From: an uncultured Acidimicrobiia bacterium
GTDB taxonomy: Bacteria > Acidobacteriota > Terriglobia > Versatilivoradales > Versatilivoraceae
Assembly (NCBI GenBank): GCA_963786955.1
Contig: CAWBAT010000005.1
Location: 1,164,127 to 1,228,126 of the forward strand
Reading direction: 5' to 3'
Length of the DNA: 64,000 bases
In this document: piece after piece, positions 41,208-51,702 of the stretch
Layout: every line of letters starts with the position of its first letter
Position numbering within the stretch: position 1 is the first letter of the stretch
Made by a program: the position numbers and the translations under genes
The notes under the pieces: generated by a model
What the model was told of the DNA's origin: nothing
The model's input: the letters and a program-made list of their open reading frames with translations, nothing else
The model's database searches: none

Positions 41208-41585
41208 ATGATTGTGGGCATGGGAGTCGATATTGTCGAAATTGAAAAACTCAGACTCGCCATGATGAGACGAGGTGAGCGACTGCGCAATCGGGCGTTT
41301 ACTCCGGGCGAGATTCAATATTGTGAACAACGCGCTCACCAGTATCAGCATTATGCCGCCCGATTTGCAGCTAAGGAAGCTGTATTCAAGGCGATCGGCT
41401 CGGGATGGAGAAATGGAGTGACCTGGCTCGACGTGGAGGTTTTCAACGAGCTCAGCGGGAAGCCCATACTCCGACTAAATGGAAAAACCCTTGAATTTGC
41501 GAACGCATTAGGGGCCCGGAATTATTGGTTAAGTTTGACTCATACCGACCACTATGCGGTAGCCCAGGTGGTACTCGAATCTTAA
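41208..41585 (+). CDS. acpS: holo-[acyl-carrier-protein] synthase
   Basis: GVDIVEIEK...FAAKEAVFKA; 125 aa, intact. Confidence 0.85.
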   Translation: MIVGMGVDIVEIEKLRLAMMRRGERLRNRAFTPGEIQYCEQRAHQYQHYAARFAAKEAVFKAIGSGWRNGVTWLDVEVFNELSGKPILRLNGKTLEFANALGARNYWLSLTHTDHYAVAQVVLES

Positions 41586-41599
41586 GGGGCGACGATTCC

Positions 41600-43009
41600 A
41601 CTCGCCCTCTCCATGCAAATTTTTCAGAATGTCGACGTTTCGAAGACTAAGAAACGACCCGTGCCAGATAGCCCTTCCGAGGTGATTCCAGTCACAATGA
41701 CTTCCCGCAATTGATTCGATTGAATACTCGGGGGCATCGATCGAAATTTTCAAGTAGTTGCTACTCAGTGCGTCCGCGGATCTCTCCGGCTCATGCCAAC
41801 GCAAGGTCATGACTCCGATTCTCTTGCCGATGAACTTTTCCCTAAATTCCCGATTCTTACGGGCAGCCAATCTCCCTCAATTCATTACCTTGCGCTGACC
41901 GGTGACTTCACTTCGGCCCAGTCGGTCGCATCAAGGCGGCTGCTGTGCCGGGTCGTTGGGAATAGGGGAATACATGGAGATAAGTCATCGGCGCCAGGCT
42001 CAAGAGCGATTTTTGTTTCGATGAAGTCTTCTTCCGTCTCGGTAGGGAAACCCACCATGACATCGGCGCCGATGGCCGCATCTGGAACACGTTGTCGCAT
42101 TTTCTCGACTAGTCGGCGATAGAACTCCGCGGTATAGGGTCGACGCATGAGGCGCAGTATCCGGTCGGATCCGCTTTGTAATGGAACATGAAAATGCTTC
42201 GCCATCTTGGGCGACTGTGCGATAAGGTCAATGAGATCATCGGTATATTCCAAAGGTTCAATGGAACTTAGCCTGAGACGTCTCAATCGATCTTCTCGAA
42301 GAAGCCTTTAACCAACAGAGCAAGGTTTTCCTTTTCCCCAAGGTCTCTTCCGAATCCGCCCAGGTGGATTCCTGTTAAGGTGATTTCCTTATACCCCTGG
42401 TTTAAAAGTTTCCTGGTTTGGCGAAGGACTTCATCGATGGACAAGCTGCGGGAATTTCCTCGAACTGAAGGAATCACGCAAAAAGAACAACGATAACTGC
42501 ACCCATCCTGAACCTTCAAAACGGGGCGCGTTCTGTCTGCCCCTCCTGGATCTCCGATCGTCCGAAGCTCGCGGGACTCGAAGATGCTGCTGCAATAGAC
42601 TGTCGCCCCTGAAGCTCGAAAATGGTTTATTGTCTGGGGATCCCGCAGCATCGCTTAGTTGCCTCTCCCTTTGCGTCACAATCGAGACCAACTGATCTTT
42701 GTGCGAGTTCCCGACTACGCAAGACACCCCACTGATGGCAGCCACCTCGCCCGGCACACGCTGCGCATAACAGCCTGTGACAACCACACGGGCAGTAGGA
42801 TTTTCTCGATGAACTCGGCGAATCATGGTGCGGGCTTCAGCGTCAGCGGCGTGGGTTACCGTGCAGGTATTGATGACAACAATATCAGAGCGGTTCCACT
42901 CCTCGGATTTCTGAAAGCGATTATTCAAGAAAGCCTGTTCCAAAGCGGCGCCATCGGCTTGAGTCGCTCGGCACCCGAAATTAATAATTTTGAAAGTCTT
43001 TGACTGCAT
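41600..43009 (-). pseudogene. radical SAM methylthiotransferase (MiaB/RimO/MtaB family), frame broken at least 3 times
   Basis: N-terminal MTTase domain (FKIINFGCRATQAD...INTCTV). rSAM core (VQDGCSYRCSFCVIP). C-terminal motifs (HVPLQSGSDRILRLMRRPY; HVFPYSQRPGTAAA; TRAM-like IGKRIGVMTL) all in different frames. The 3' end is uncertain. Confidence 0.7.
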
Positions 43010-43013
43010 GGCC

Positions 43014-44070
43014 CTATTTTGTCCCTGGTCTGCTGAGAACCCCTACATCGGACAAGACCTTCTGAGCCATGAGATTTTTAATGGGGGTCTCGTTTCTAAC
43101 AACGTCAAGATAGGCATTTTTCAAGAGCGATTCTTTGCGATTGAAAATAATCTGACGAATGTCTGCCTGAACCTTGGGGTCGCTGAGTTCGCGTTGCCCT
43201 CCGGCTTCTTTTTCGATGAGTTTGACAAGATGGTATCCATATTTCGTCATTACGGGATCCGGAACGTTTCCCCTACTTTCAGGCTTTGGACCGCTTGACG
43301 AAATCTGGGATCGATGGTTTCCAACTGCTGAGCGCTCAAGAGCCGGAGGTCTCCTCCGGACTGGGCTGACGTGCTGTCTTCCGAATAGTCTCTAGCCAAG
43401 ATGGCGAAATCCATGCCGCTCTGGAGCTGTTTCAAGAGAGAGATCACTTTCTGCCGGGCGGCCTCGTCCGTCTTCGCGTCGTCGCCCTTACCGTTACTGA
43501 TTTGAGGTTCGGCGAAGGGAGTCACTAGGATATGTTGAACATGCCAGCTCTCTGGCAAGTTGTAGTTGCCTTTATTTCGAACAAAGTACTCATTAATTTC
43601 CGCTTCCGTGACCGAAATCTTCGAGGTGATTTCTTTGTTATAGAGCTTCTCAATCGTTGCACTCTTTCCTAATTTCTTTCTTGATGCTCGTCAACCGTAA
43701 CGCCCTGGTCTTTGAGAAATTGTTGAAACTTTTCTTCCGTAAAATCTTTCTTGAAATCATTGAAGCGGACATTAACCTCCTCATCACTGGCAGTAAGTTT
43801 GTCAATCGCAGCCCGTTGCATCAGCATTTCATCACTGATCAGTTGCGACAAGATGGTCAAACGTAGGGTCAAGATTTCCTCTGGTGAGAGGGGCTGAGCT
43901 AGACTGTTTGAGCCGATTTTGATAAATCTTTTCAACGTCGTTATCTTTGATCGTTGTCTGATTCACAACGGCGACGGTATCGGGTGAAATCTTGGGGCCC
44001 GACTGGCAGCCCATACAGATTACGCAAAGCCACCCAAACCATACCGAAAATCCATTGAAGTCTAATGTTC
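43014..44070 (-). pseudogene. SurA/PrsA-like peptidyl-prolyl isomerase (parvulin domain) lipoprotein, frame broken at least 3 times
   Basis: Lipobox-like LCVICMGC. Chaperone-domain-like segment (DEEVNVRFNDFKKDFTEEKFQQFLKDQGVT). PpiC/parvulin motifs (VQHILVT..., DFAILARDYSEDSTSAQSGGDL, YGYHLVK) spread over 4 frames. Confidence 0.55.
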
Positions 44071-44350
44071 ACGCCTGCCTCCTGTGCCTTTATGATGGCC
44101 ACTTATACTACCACCGCCCCATGTAGGGTACAACAGATTGAATGGGATGGAGTTCCCCAGCGTGGGATCATAAAAGGATCTTGAAACGGATCTCTTTTTG
44201 ACTTCTTAAAGCCCTAATTAGTGAAACCGAGAACTAAGTACTGCTCTTCATAAAGACGGTGACGGTAACGCCGGGGCGGTGACCGGGCCTACAACTTTGT
44301 AGGTCGCGTGCCCCCCCCCCGACACAGCGCCTATCCTGAGATACGTCACC

Positions 44351-45098
44351 CTAATTACAAATAGCAATACTAAGGGGCAGATGGCTTCCGACCATAGTTG
44401 ATCGCGATGATTCCTCCTCCAAAAACAGATAGCCCGTATCCTCAAATCCGGCTTTGTCCATGAGTATTTGGACGCCGTGCTGCGCAGGATAAAGCTTCAG
44501 CGATTCCGAGATATAGCGGTAGACGTCAGGATCCCCGTGCATGACCCAACCCAATAGGGAGCCCATAACCGTAAGATAACCTAAATACGCACGGCAGTAA
44601 AAAGGATTGACAGGTTTCGCAAAATCCAAGGAGAGAAATCTTCCGCCCGGTTTGAGCATTCTGAAGACTTCTGACAACAAACAAGCGATATCGGGAACAT
44701 TGCGAACACCATAGCCAACGGTAATCCGGTCAAAGGTGTTGGCGTGAAACTCAAGCCGGGTGATATCACCGACTTCAAATTCAATGCCATTGATTCCCAA
44801 TTGTTGTTTTTTTCGGCTAGCAATCTCAATCATACCGGGAGTGATGTCTACACCCAGGACCCGTCCTGTTGAGACCATTTTCGCCAGCATGAAAGTGATA
44901 TCGCCCGTCCCGCAGGCCAAGTCCAGAATAAGTGATGCGGTTGAACATCAGTCCATCGAACCAGCTTCTTTTTTCCAACGTCGGTCTTGCCCATAGGAAA
45001 GCAGAGCGGTCACAAGGTCGTAGCGGGGGGCGATCTTGGAAAACATCTGGTTGACATACAGCTGTTTTTTTTCCTTTCGAGTTGATGAATTCCTTCAT
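44351..45098 (-). pseudogene. ubiE: demethylmenaquinone/ubiquinone methyltransferase UbiE/MenG, 3 frameshifts (two in T8/T6 homopolymers)
   Basis: [11 protein letters not shown] / [29 protein letters not shown] / ILDLACGTGDITF...LKPGGRFL in three frames. Breaks at the T8 run 45065-45072 and the T6 run 44969-44974 (plus strand). Confidence 0.75.
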
Positions 45099-45303
45099 AT
45101 TCAGTCGGCTTGGATTAGCCATTGAGTCACATCTTTCTCGATCGGGTAATGATCGAATTGTGCCTGCACGGCGTGGTAGTATTGGTGAAACTCCCGAGGG
45201 CAGCCGTTTGGTCAGATACCCTGACCTCATTTTTTCTCAGCTTTTTCACGGATCCTGTTTCACTTTACTACGCCATTCTTTCAAACGCTCGCTCACCGTT
45301 GCT

Positions 45304-46602
45304 TCATAACCCTCTCCAGACGGTGTGAAGTAAGTTCTCCCGGCAAGAGAAGGTGGAAGACAATTCATATCCGTTACGCGTTCTGCAAAAGTGATGGGCG
45401 TATTTGTACCCCTTCCCATAACCCAGATCCTTCATGAGGCTGGTTGGCGCATTTCTTAAATGTAAGGGGACCGGATCCGCGAGAGTCATTTTGATGTCCT
45501 GGAGGGCAGAGTCATAGGCCTTATATATAGCGTTCGACTTTGGGGCAGTTGCCATATAGACTGCTGCTTCCGCGAGGGCAAAGTGCCTTCCGGAAGTCCA
45601 ATGAAATGGAACGCCTGCATGGCACTGACCGCCATGAGACAAAGCTGCAGGATCAGCCAATCCCACATCTTCGGACGCAAAGCGGACAATCCGCCGGGCA
45701 ATGTAAAGCGGATCCTCTCCGGACTCAAGCATCCGACCGAGCCAATATAAGGTAGCGTCAGGGTCGCTATTCCGCATGGACTTATGGAGAGCAGAAATCA
45801 GGTTGAAATGTTCCTCGCCGGACTTGTCGTAAAGCAGCATTTTCCGCTGGAAAGTATCTGCTAATAGTTGCGGGGTAATGATCTTCTTATTTGTTGTCTG
45901 ACAAAGGAGTTAGCTGAAATGCCAGCTCTAGCGTGTTATAGGCAGTTCGGGCGTCTCCGTTGGCAAAAACCGCGATTTGAGCCAATAAGTCATCCGTGAT
46001 TTCAATGGGTTCGGCACCGAGGCCTTTCTCTTGTTCAGATAAGGCTTTTTCAGAAGGAATAGGATGTCTTCAACCGTCAATGGCTCAAGTACGTATACTT
46101 TGGAGCGCGACAACAATGCCGCATTGATTTCAAACGAAGGGTTTTCAGTGGTGGCACCGATCAAGATAATATTTCCTGTCTCGACATGCGGGAGGAATGC
46201 GTCCTGTTGGGATTTGTTGAACCGGTGGATTTCATCAATAAACAGAATTGTTTTCCGGCCGTAAGCACGAACTCTCTCGGCCTCCGACATCACGGCTTTG
46301 ATTTCCTTTATTCCTGCAAGAACCGCACTGAAAGGAATGAAATCAGAGTGTGTCAAATTGGCAATAACGTGGGCAAGGGAAGTTTTCCCGGTGCCCGGTG
46401 GGCCCCAAAGGATGATGGATCGAAGCTCATCTCTCTCAATACCGACTCTTAGGGGTTTCCCAGGCGCCAGCAAATGCCTTTGCCCGACAAGCTCCTCCAA
46501 CTTTTGGGGGCGCATTCGATCGGCAAGAGGCGTACTTCGATCAGTCGCCTTCTTTAATCCATTCTGGAGATTGGAAAACAAATCCATATTCATTCTGGCC
46601 AC
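45304..46602 (-). pseudogene. rarA: replication-associated recombination protein A (RarA/MgsA), about 2 frameshifts
   Basis: N-terminal AAA domain ([34 protein letters not shown]) ends out of frame around 45900. The C-terminal MgsA domain ([30 protein letters not shown]) is in another frame. Confidence 0.75.
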
Positions 46603-46636
46603 ACCCTCAAAAGGAAAGACCCCGACATCCGGAAAA

Positions 46637-47443
46637 TCATTGTCTTTGGCGTGTTTTTCGTTGCTCAGCGGCTTGACAAAGTATGATGGAAGAAGCGACC
46701 GCTACATTAAGCGACTCTACTGAAGAGGAAATCGGGATGGTTATCTGGCGCTCGACTTGATCGAGAATATTACTGTCCAGCCCCCTTGCTTCATTCCCTA
46801 AAATTAAGACGACCCGCCCGCGATAATCAATGTCACGAAAGCCATCCCTTTGCCTGGGCCAGTGGCGTATACTCGGTAGTTGTTTTCGCCAAACAGTGCC
46901 AAAGTCGCTTGAATGTCCCAACCAGGAAAACAGGGAACCCGGAACACCGAGCCCGCAGACGCCCGAATAGCCTTTGAATTATAAGGGTTGACAGAATTCT
47001 TGCTCAGAATAATGGCGTCTGCCCCAAAAGCTTCCGCGGAACGCAAAAGAGTTCCCAGGTTTCCAGGATCTTGAATGCAATGCGTCAAAGACAATGAGAG
47101 AATCTTTGGTAAGAATTCTTTTGAAGCTCCATTTTGGGAGGAATACCAAAGCGGATACGCCCTGAGGCGTTTCCGTACTGGAAATTTCACTGAAAACCTT
47201 TTCGGACAATTGGATGACCGTGGCTTGGTAGGTCTTAGAGCTTTTTAGCAGGTCCTCCAAGAGTTTCATTTTCCGAGTCTGTTCGCTCACATAAAAGGAG
47301 TCCACATCCAAGCGGCTTTTAAGCGCTTCCTCAATGAGCGTAATCCCTTCGACAAGAACACGACCCCGTGAATCCGGCCAACCTTCTCGAATCTGATCCC
47401 TGATTTTTTTGACTTGATTGTTGGCTGTTGAGCGGATGATCAA
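46637..47443 (-). pseudogene. TrmH/SpoU-family RNA 2'-O-methyltransferase, 2 frameshifts
   Basis: LDQVQDPGNLGTLLRSAEAFGADAIIL and VLILGNEARGLDSNIL...[21 protein letters not shown] lie in separate frames. Confidence 0.7.
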
Positions 47444-47510
47444 GTATTCACTCCCTGGCTATATCCATTCATTGACCGTACCCGAAAATTTATGTTAATT
47501 TGCTAACCGA

Positions 47511-48149
47511 ATGATTACACAACGAATTAGGATACAAGATAGCACGATTGATGATTCTGTTCTGCAGGTTGCTCTGGCATCGATTGAGAACGGGAACATC
47601 ATTTCTGTCCCCACTGAAACATTCTACGTCTTGTGCGCGGACCCGTTCAACCTAAGGGTTATTGAAGAGATCTTCCTCATTACTAAACGGAAGGAGTGGA
47701 AGCCTCTTCTCCTACTTGCAGACTCGATAGACCAGGTTGAAGTCATGACGTCAGGTCTGCAAAGAGCCTTTTTATGAAATCGCAGAAAATTTCTGGCCTG
47801 GGCCACTGACCCTTATTCTCCCGGCAGCAAATCACGTCCCATTGAAGATTACTGGAGGAACGGGTACCGTAGGAGTCCGGATTCCTGATTCAAAGGTACT
47901 CGAACGTTAATTCGGTCATTTGATAGCCCTGTTACTGGGACGAGTGCCAATCTTTCGACTCACCCGGTATGCTCGACCGCAGATGATGTCTTGATCCAGT
48001 TAGGGGGAAAAATTGACCTGATTCTTGACCAGGGGGATACCCGAGGGAGAGCACCGTCTACAATCCTAGATCTTACTCGAGACCCCATTCGCGTCGTACG
48101 CGAAGGCGCTATTCCCCTTGAGAGGTTTTCTTCTTACTTGTCTCCATGA
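47511..48149 (+). pseudogene. tsaC: L-threonylcarbamoyladenylate synthase (TsaC/YrdC/Sua5 family), at least 3 frameshifts
   Basis: ISVPTETFYVLCADPFN, FWPGPLTLILPAANHVPLKITGGTGTVGVRIPDS, TSANLS, and GAPSTILDLTRDPIRVVREGAIPLE read in different frames. Confidence 0.65.
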
Positions 48150-48784
48150 AAGAGCGTGGAAAGAGAGTCCTTTTCCAGATATTATTCGCCTATCTTCCAT
48201 CTTTACTCCTGGCCTACATTCTTGTTCTCTATGTCCTGATTCGACGTAGTGCGGCGCTTGATGAATCTCAGCCAGCCGACATCATTTTCGTCTTAGGGGC
48301 TGCCCAATATAACGGGAGGCCTTCCCCGGTATTTAAGTCCCGATTAGATCATGCAGCAGCTCTCTTTAAAGAGAAATTTGCCGGTAAGATCATGACTACG
48401 GGAGGATATGGTTTTGACCCGAGGTACTCTGAGGCGGGGGTGGGCAAGCTGTATCTGATGAAGCAGAGCATCCCGGAGGATTGCATCTACACTGAGCCCA
48501 GCGGTCTGACAACCGGTGAGAGTATTGAAAGGGCCATCGAATTTCTCAAACAGCATAATTTTACCCGGGTTATTGCTGTCAGTGATGGCTTTCATCTGTT
48601 CCGGATTAGAAGAATCTTTCGAGATCATGAAATCACGACCTTTGGTTCGCCGGCTCAACATAGTGTCATTGAATCCAATTTTCGCTCCCGCACGCTGGCT
48701 TCTTTACGTGAGGTATTCATCTTCACAGCCTACATGGCGCGACACCATCTCCATATATCTTTTCCATTCTCCGAGATGTCCTGA
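48146..48784 (+). CDS. DUF218 (YdcF/ElyC/SanA-like) protein
   Basis: N-terminal TM plus a DUF218-like core (ADIIFVLGAAQYNGRPSPVFKSRLDHAAALFKE...TTGGYG). Start ATG overlaps the tsaC stop (ATGA). Intact, 212 aa. Confidence 0.6.
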   Translation: MKERGKRVLFQILFAYLPSLLLAYILVLYVLIRRSAALDESQPADIIFVLGAAQYNGRPSPVFKSRLDHAAALFKEKFAGKIMTTGGYGFDPRYSEAGVGKLYLMKQSIPEDCIYTEPSGLTTGESIERAIEFLKQHNFTRVIAVSDGFHLFRIRRIFRDHEITTFGSPAQHSVIESNFRSRTLASLREVFIFTAYMARHHLHISFPFSEMS

Positions 48785-48785
48785 G

Positions 48786-50363
48786 TCACTGATTCCTCTT
48801 AATTTTCAAGGTCTGGACAAAGTCAAAATTTCCAGCCGGAGACAACTCGATTTCCGAAAGGCGACGGTTGTACACGCAAACGGTGTCCATATACCAGAGG
48901 CTGATGTAGGGCAGATCATCAGCAAGAATCTTTTGAATTCTGGAATAAGCCGTACGTCTTTTCTCCAGGTTGGACTCTTGGCGGGCCTCATCAATCAGCA
49001 GGTCCACTTCAGGATTCTCGTATCGACCACGATTATACCCTTTAGGGGGAACTTCGCGGGAATGGAACGCTCTTTCAAAGAGGTCGGGGTCATTATTTCC
49101 TCCAATCCATCGCAGTGAGTAAATTTGAAAATTGCCTCTCACAATGTCTGCATAAAAAGTGCCGAATTCGTAGGAACGAAGGTCCACCGCAATGCCAACC
49201 TCCTTCAAGGCTTGTTGAATAATTGCAGCCACCTGTCGGGAAGACTCCTCTGTAGAGGTCCTGAACGTCAATCTAAAACGTGGCAGAGGCCCCTTGCCAT
49301 CGGGATCTTTCCAGCCAGCCATGTCGAGCAGATTACGGGCCTTTTCCGGATCATAGGAATAGCGCTCCAACTCGGGCTCATAAGCCCAGTGATTCGGAGG
49401 AAGCAAACTCGAGGCTGGGATAACCAGACCGCGCCAATAGTAGCGGATAATGTCCTCCCGTGGAATTGCATAGGCAATTGCTTTTCGTACTTTCTTATCC
49501 CGAAGAACGAGATCTTTGAGATTTAATCCGATGTACTGGTAATTGGTTCCTGGAACAGCTCGCCACTCGAAGATGGGGTTCGCGCTAAGAGCCATCACGA
49601 AATCAGGGGTCAACACGTTTTGAGCAATATCAATGGATCCCTTTCGTAATTCCAAAGCCCGGGTTGTGGAGTCCGGAATGACCATAAACCGGATGCGGCC
49701 TGCGGCGGGGGAGTCCTCCGAAATAGTCGAGATTTGCTTCGAGAAGAAGTTCTTCTTCGTGCGAGTAAGAGACAAAACGATAGGGGCCCGAGCCTACCGG
49801 GTTGCGTTGAAAGTCTTTGCCCGACCCATAGGGTACGATCCCAATCCCTCCGTTTGTCAAGTTCCAGAGAAATCCGGCAAAAGGTTCCTTCAACCGGAAA
49901 ACAATGGTGTGCTCATCCGGTGTTTCTATCGACTGGATAAGCTGGAAGGTGGAAGATTTCGGGGAAACGAGCGAGCCATTCAGGAGAGATTCAAAGGTAT
50001 ATTTCACATCCCTCGCCGTCAGTGGACCTTCCGTCATGAAACTTCACTCCAGACCGGAGGTAAAAGCAGTAGGTCAGTGGATCGAGGGATTCCCAGCGGG
50101 TCGCAAGGTCTGGTAGGATTTCAAATCTTCTTCCCCTACGGACCAGAGAACTAAAAATCAGTTGTTGAATTCGTTCCGATTCCGCACTTAATCCAATGCG
50201 AGGATCCAGACTGGTAGGTCCGGCTTCCAGCGCGATCGTAATGGCTGGGTCCATGGTGCGGGGATGACCCGCAGCCCTGATGAACACCAGCGAGTATCAA
50301 ACCTAATACGAGCCACATAGTTTTCCGGGAGCAAAAAATTTTGACTTGTAAGGATTTGAGCAT
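48786..50363 (-). pseudogene. ABC transporter substrate-binding protein, family 5 (peptide/nickel), 3 frameshifts
   Basis: Lipoprotein signal (MWLVLGLILAGVHQGC) followed by SBP_bac_5 segments split over 4 frames. Confidence 0.65.
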
Positions 50364-50503
50364 GGTCCGTCAGGAGGACAAACAATTGAGATCCGTCAAT
50401 GGGTGACAAAGTATGCATTGGCCTCTTTGAATCTGCCATTAAGAACCCAGGGCCGGGAAGAGCGAACACTTCGAGGCCATTAATAAACAAAGTCAGCGCT
50501 TTG

Positions 50504-51702
50504 CTACGAGGCCGGATACGTTTGAAATTCTTTCCGATAAATGATCTTCCCCAAGACCGTCATATGGCGTGCGCCCGTGGCTGATGGTACATTCCCGGGA
50601 TGAAAATGCAGCGTCTCATTAGCGAGGATGGCAAAACCAATAGCCTCTTTAGCTATAGACGGGATTCCCAATTCATCCGATGCCAAAACATCCAGCTGGG
50701 ATAAGACTTTCTTGATCCTCTGCATCAGGTAGGAATTTCTGGAACCTCCGCCCGATACAATCAGCTGGCGAATTGAGGGTTTTCCGAGCGATAAAAGGAT
50801 CGATGGCCTTCGCAATAGTCTGTACGGTGAGCTCCGTTGCCGTGCATATCAAGTCCTCTAAACAGAAAGAATTTCCTAATCGAAGCAGTTCTTCGAGGAA
50901 AGCCATTCCAAATTGCTCTCGACCTGCCGTCTTCGGAGGGGGAAGAGAGAAGTAAGGTTGCCGAACTAGTTTCTTGAGAAGCGCCGGGATGATTTTTCCA
51001 CTTCGGGCGATTTCTCCGTCTCGATCGAATCCCATTTCATTGTGGGTCATCCGTCGGACCAACCCATCAATCACCATGTTACCGGGCCCAGTATCAAAAG
51101 CCACGATTTCTGCCAGCGTGAGTGGCTGCTGGAAGAACTGTCACATTGGCGATACCCCCAATATTTAAGAGGATACGACCGTGCCGTGGATGTCGAAAAA
51201 GCAAATAGTCCACATAGGGGTATGAGGGGAGCACCTTTGCCACCCGCGGCCATATCCCGCGGTCTAAAATCACAGATCGTCGTTATCCCGGTTTGTTCCG
51301 CGATGATTGAAGCTTCCCCAATCTGTAGAGTCGATGCCAAAGTCCGACCGCAAAAGGCATCCGGCTCCGATTGATGGAAGATCGTTTGCCCATGGGAACC
51401 GACCAGGTCAATCTGGTTGATCTTAACGCGGGCCTCCTCACATAACTTAAGAATCGCCTCTGCATAGAGTGTTCCGATCAAAAAGTTCATCTGGCTGATC
51501 ACCTTGGGACGGAACAGGCGATCCTGAAGCGATCTGGAGAAGTTCTCGGTGGACCTCGAGAATCAAAGGGGATGGAGATAAAATGCCGCAACACAATTCG
51601 CGTCTGCCGACCTGCCCCAAAAATCTCCACCAGAGCAGCATCGACACCGTCTAGAGAGGTTCCCGACATTAATCCGATAACAAGTTTGGAGTTCTTGGGC
51701 AA
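50504..51702 (-). pseudogene. anmK: anhydro-N-acetylmuramic acid kinase, at least 3 frameshifts
   Basis: LVIGLMSGTSLDGVDAALVEI N-terminus. Middle (DLVGSHGQTIFH) and C-terminal segments (SGGGSRNSYLMQRI) lie in 4 frames. Confidence 0.75.

Noticed and set aside
44256-44350. Possible tRNA or tmRNA in the hairpin-rich intergenic region
   Set aside because: The inner hairpin (CCTACAA/TTGTAGG) has a 2-4 nt loop, too small for an anticodon loop. No T-arm GTTC motif or CCA context. It is kept only as an unclassified structured element.
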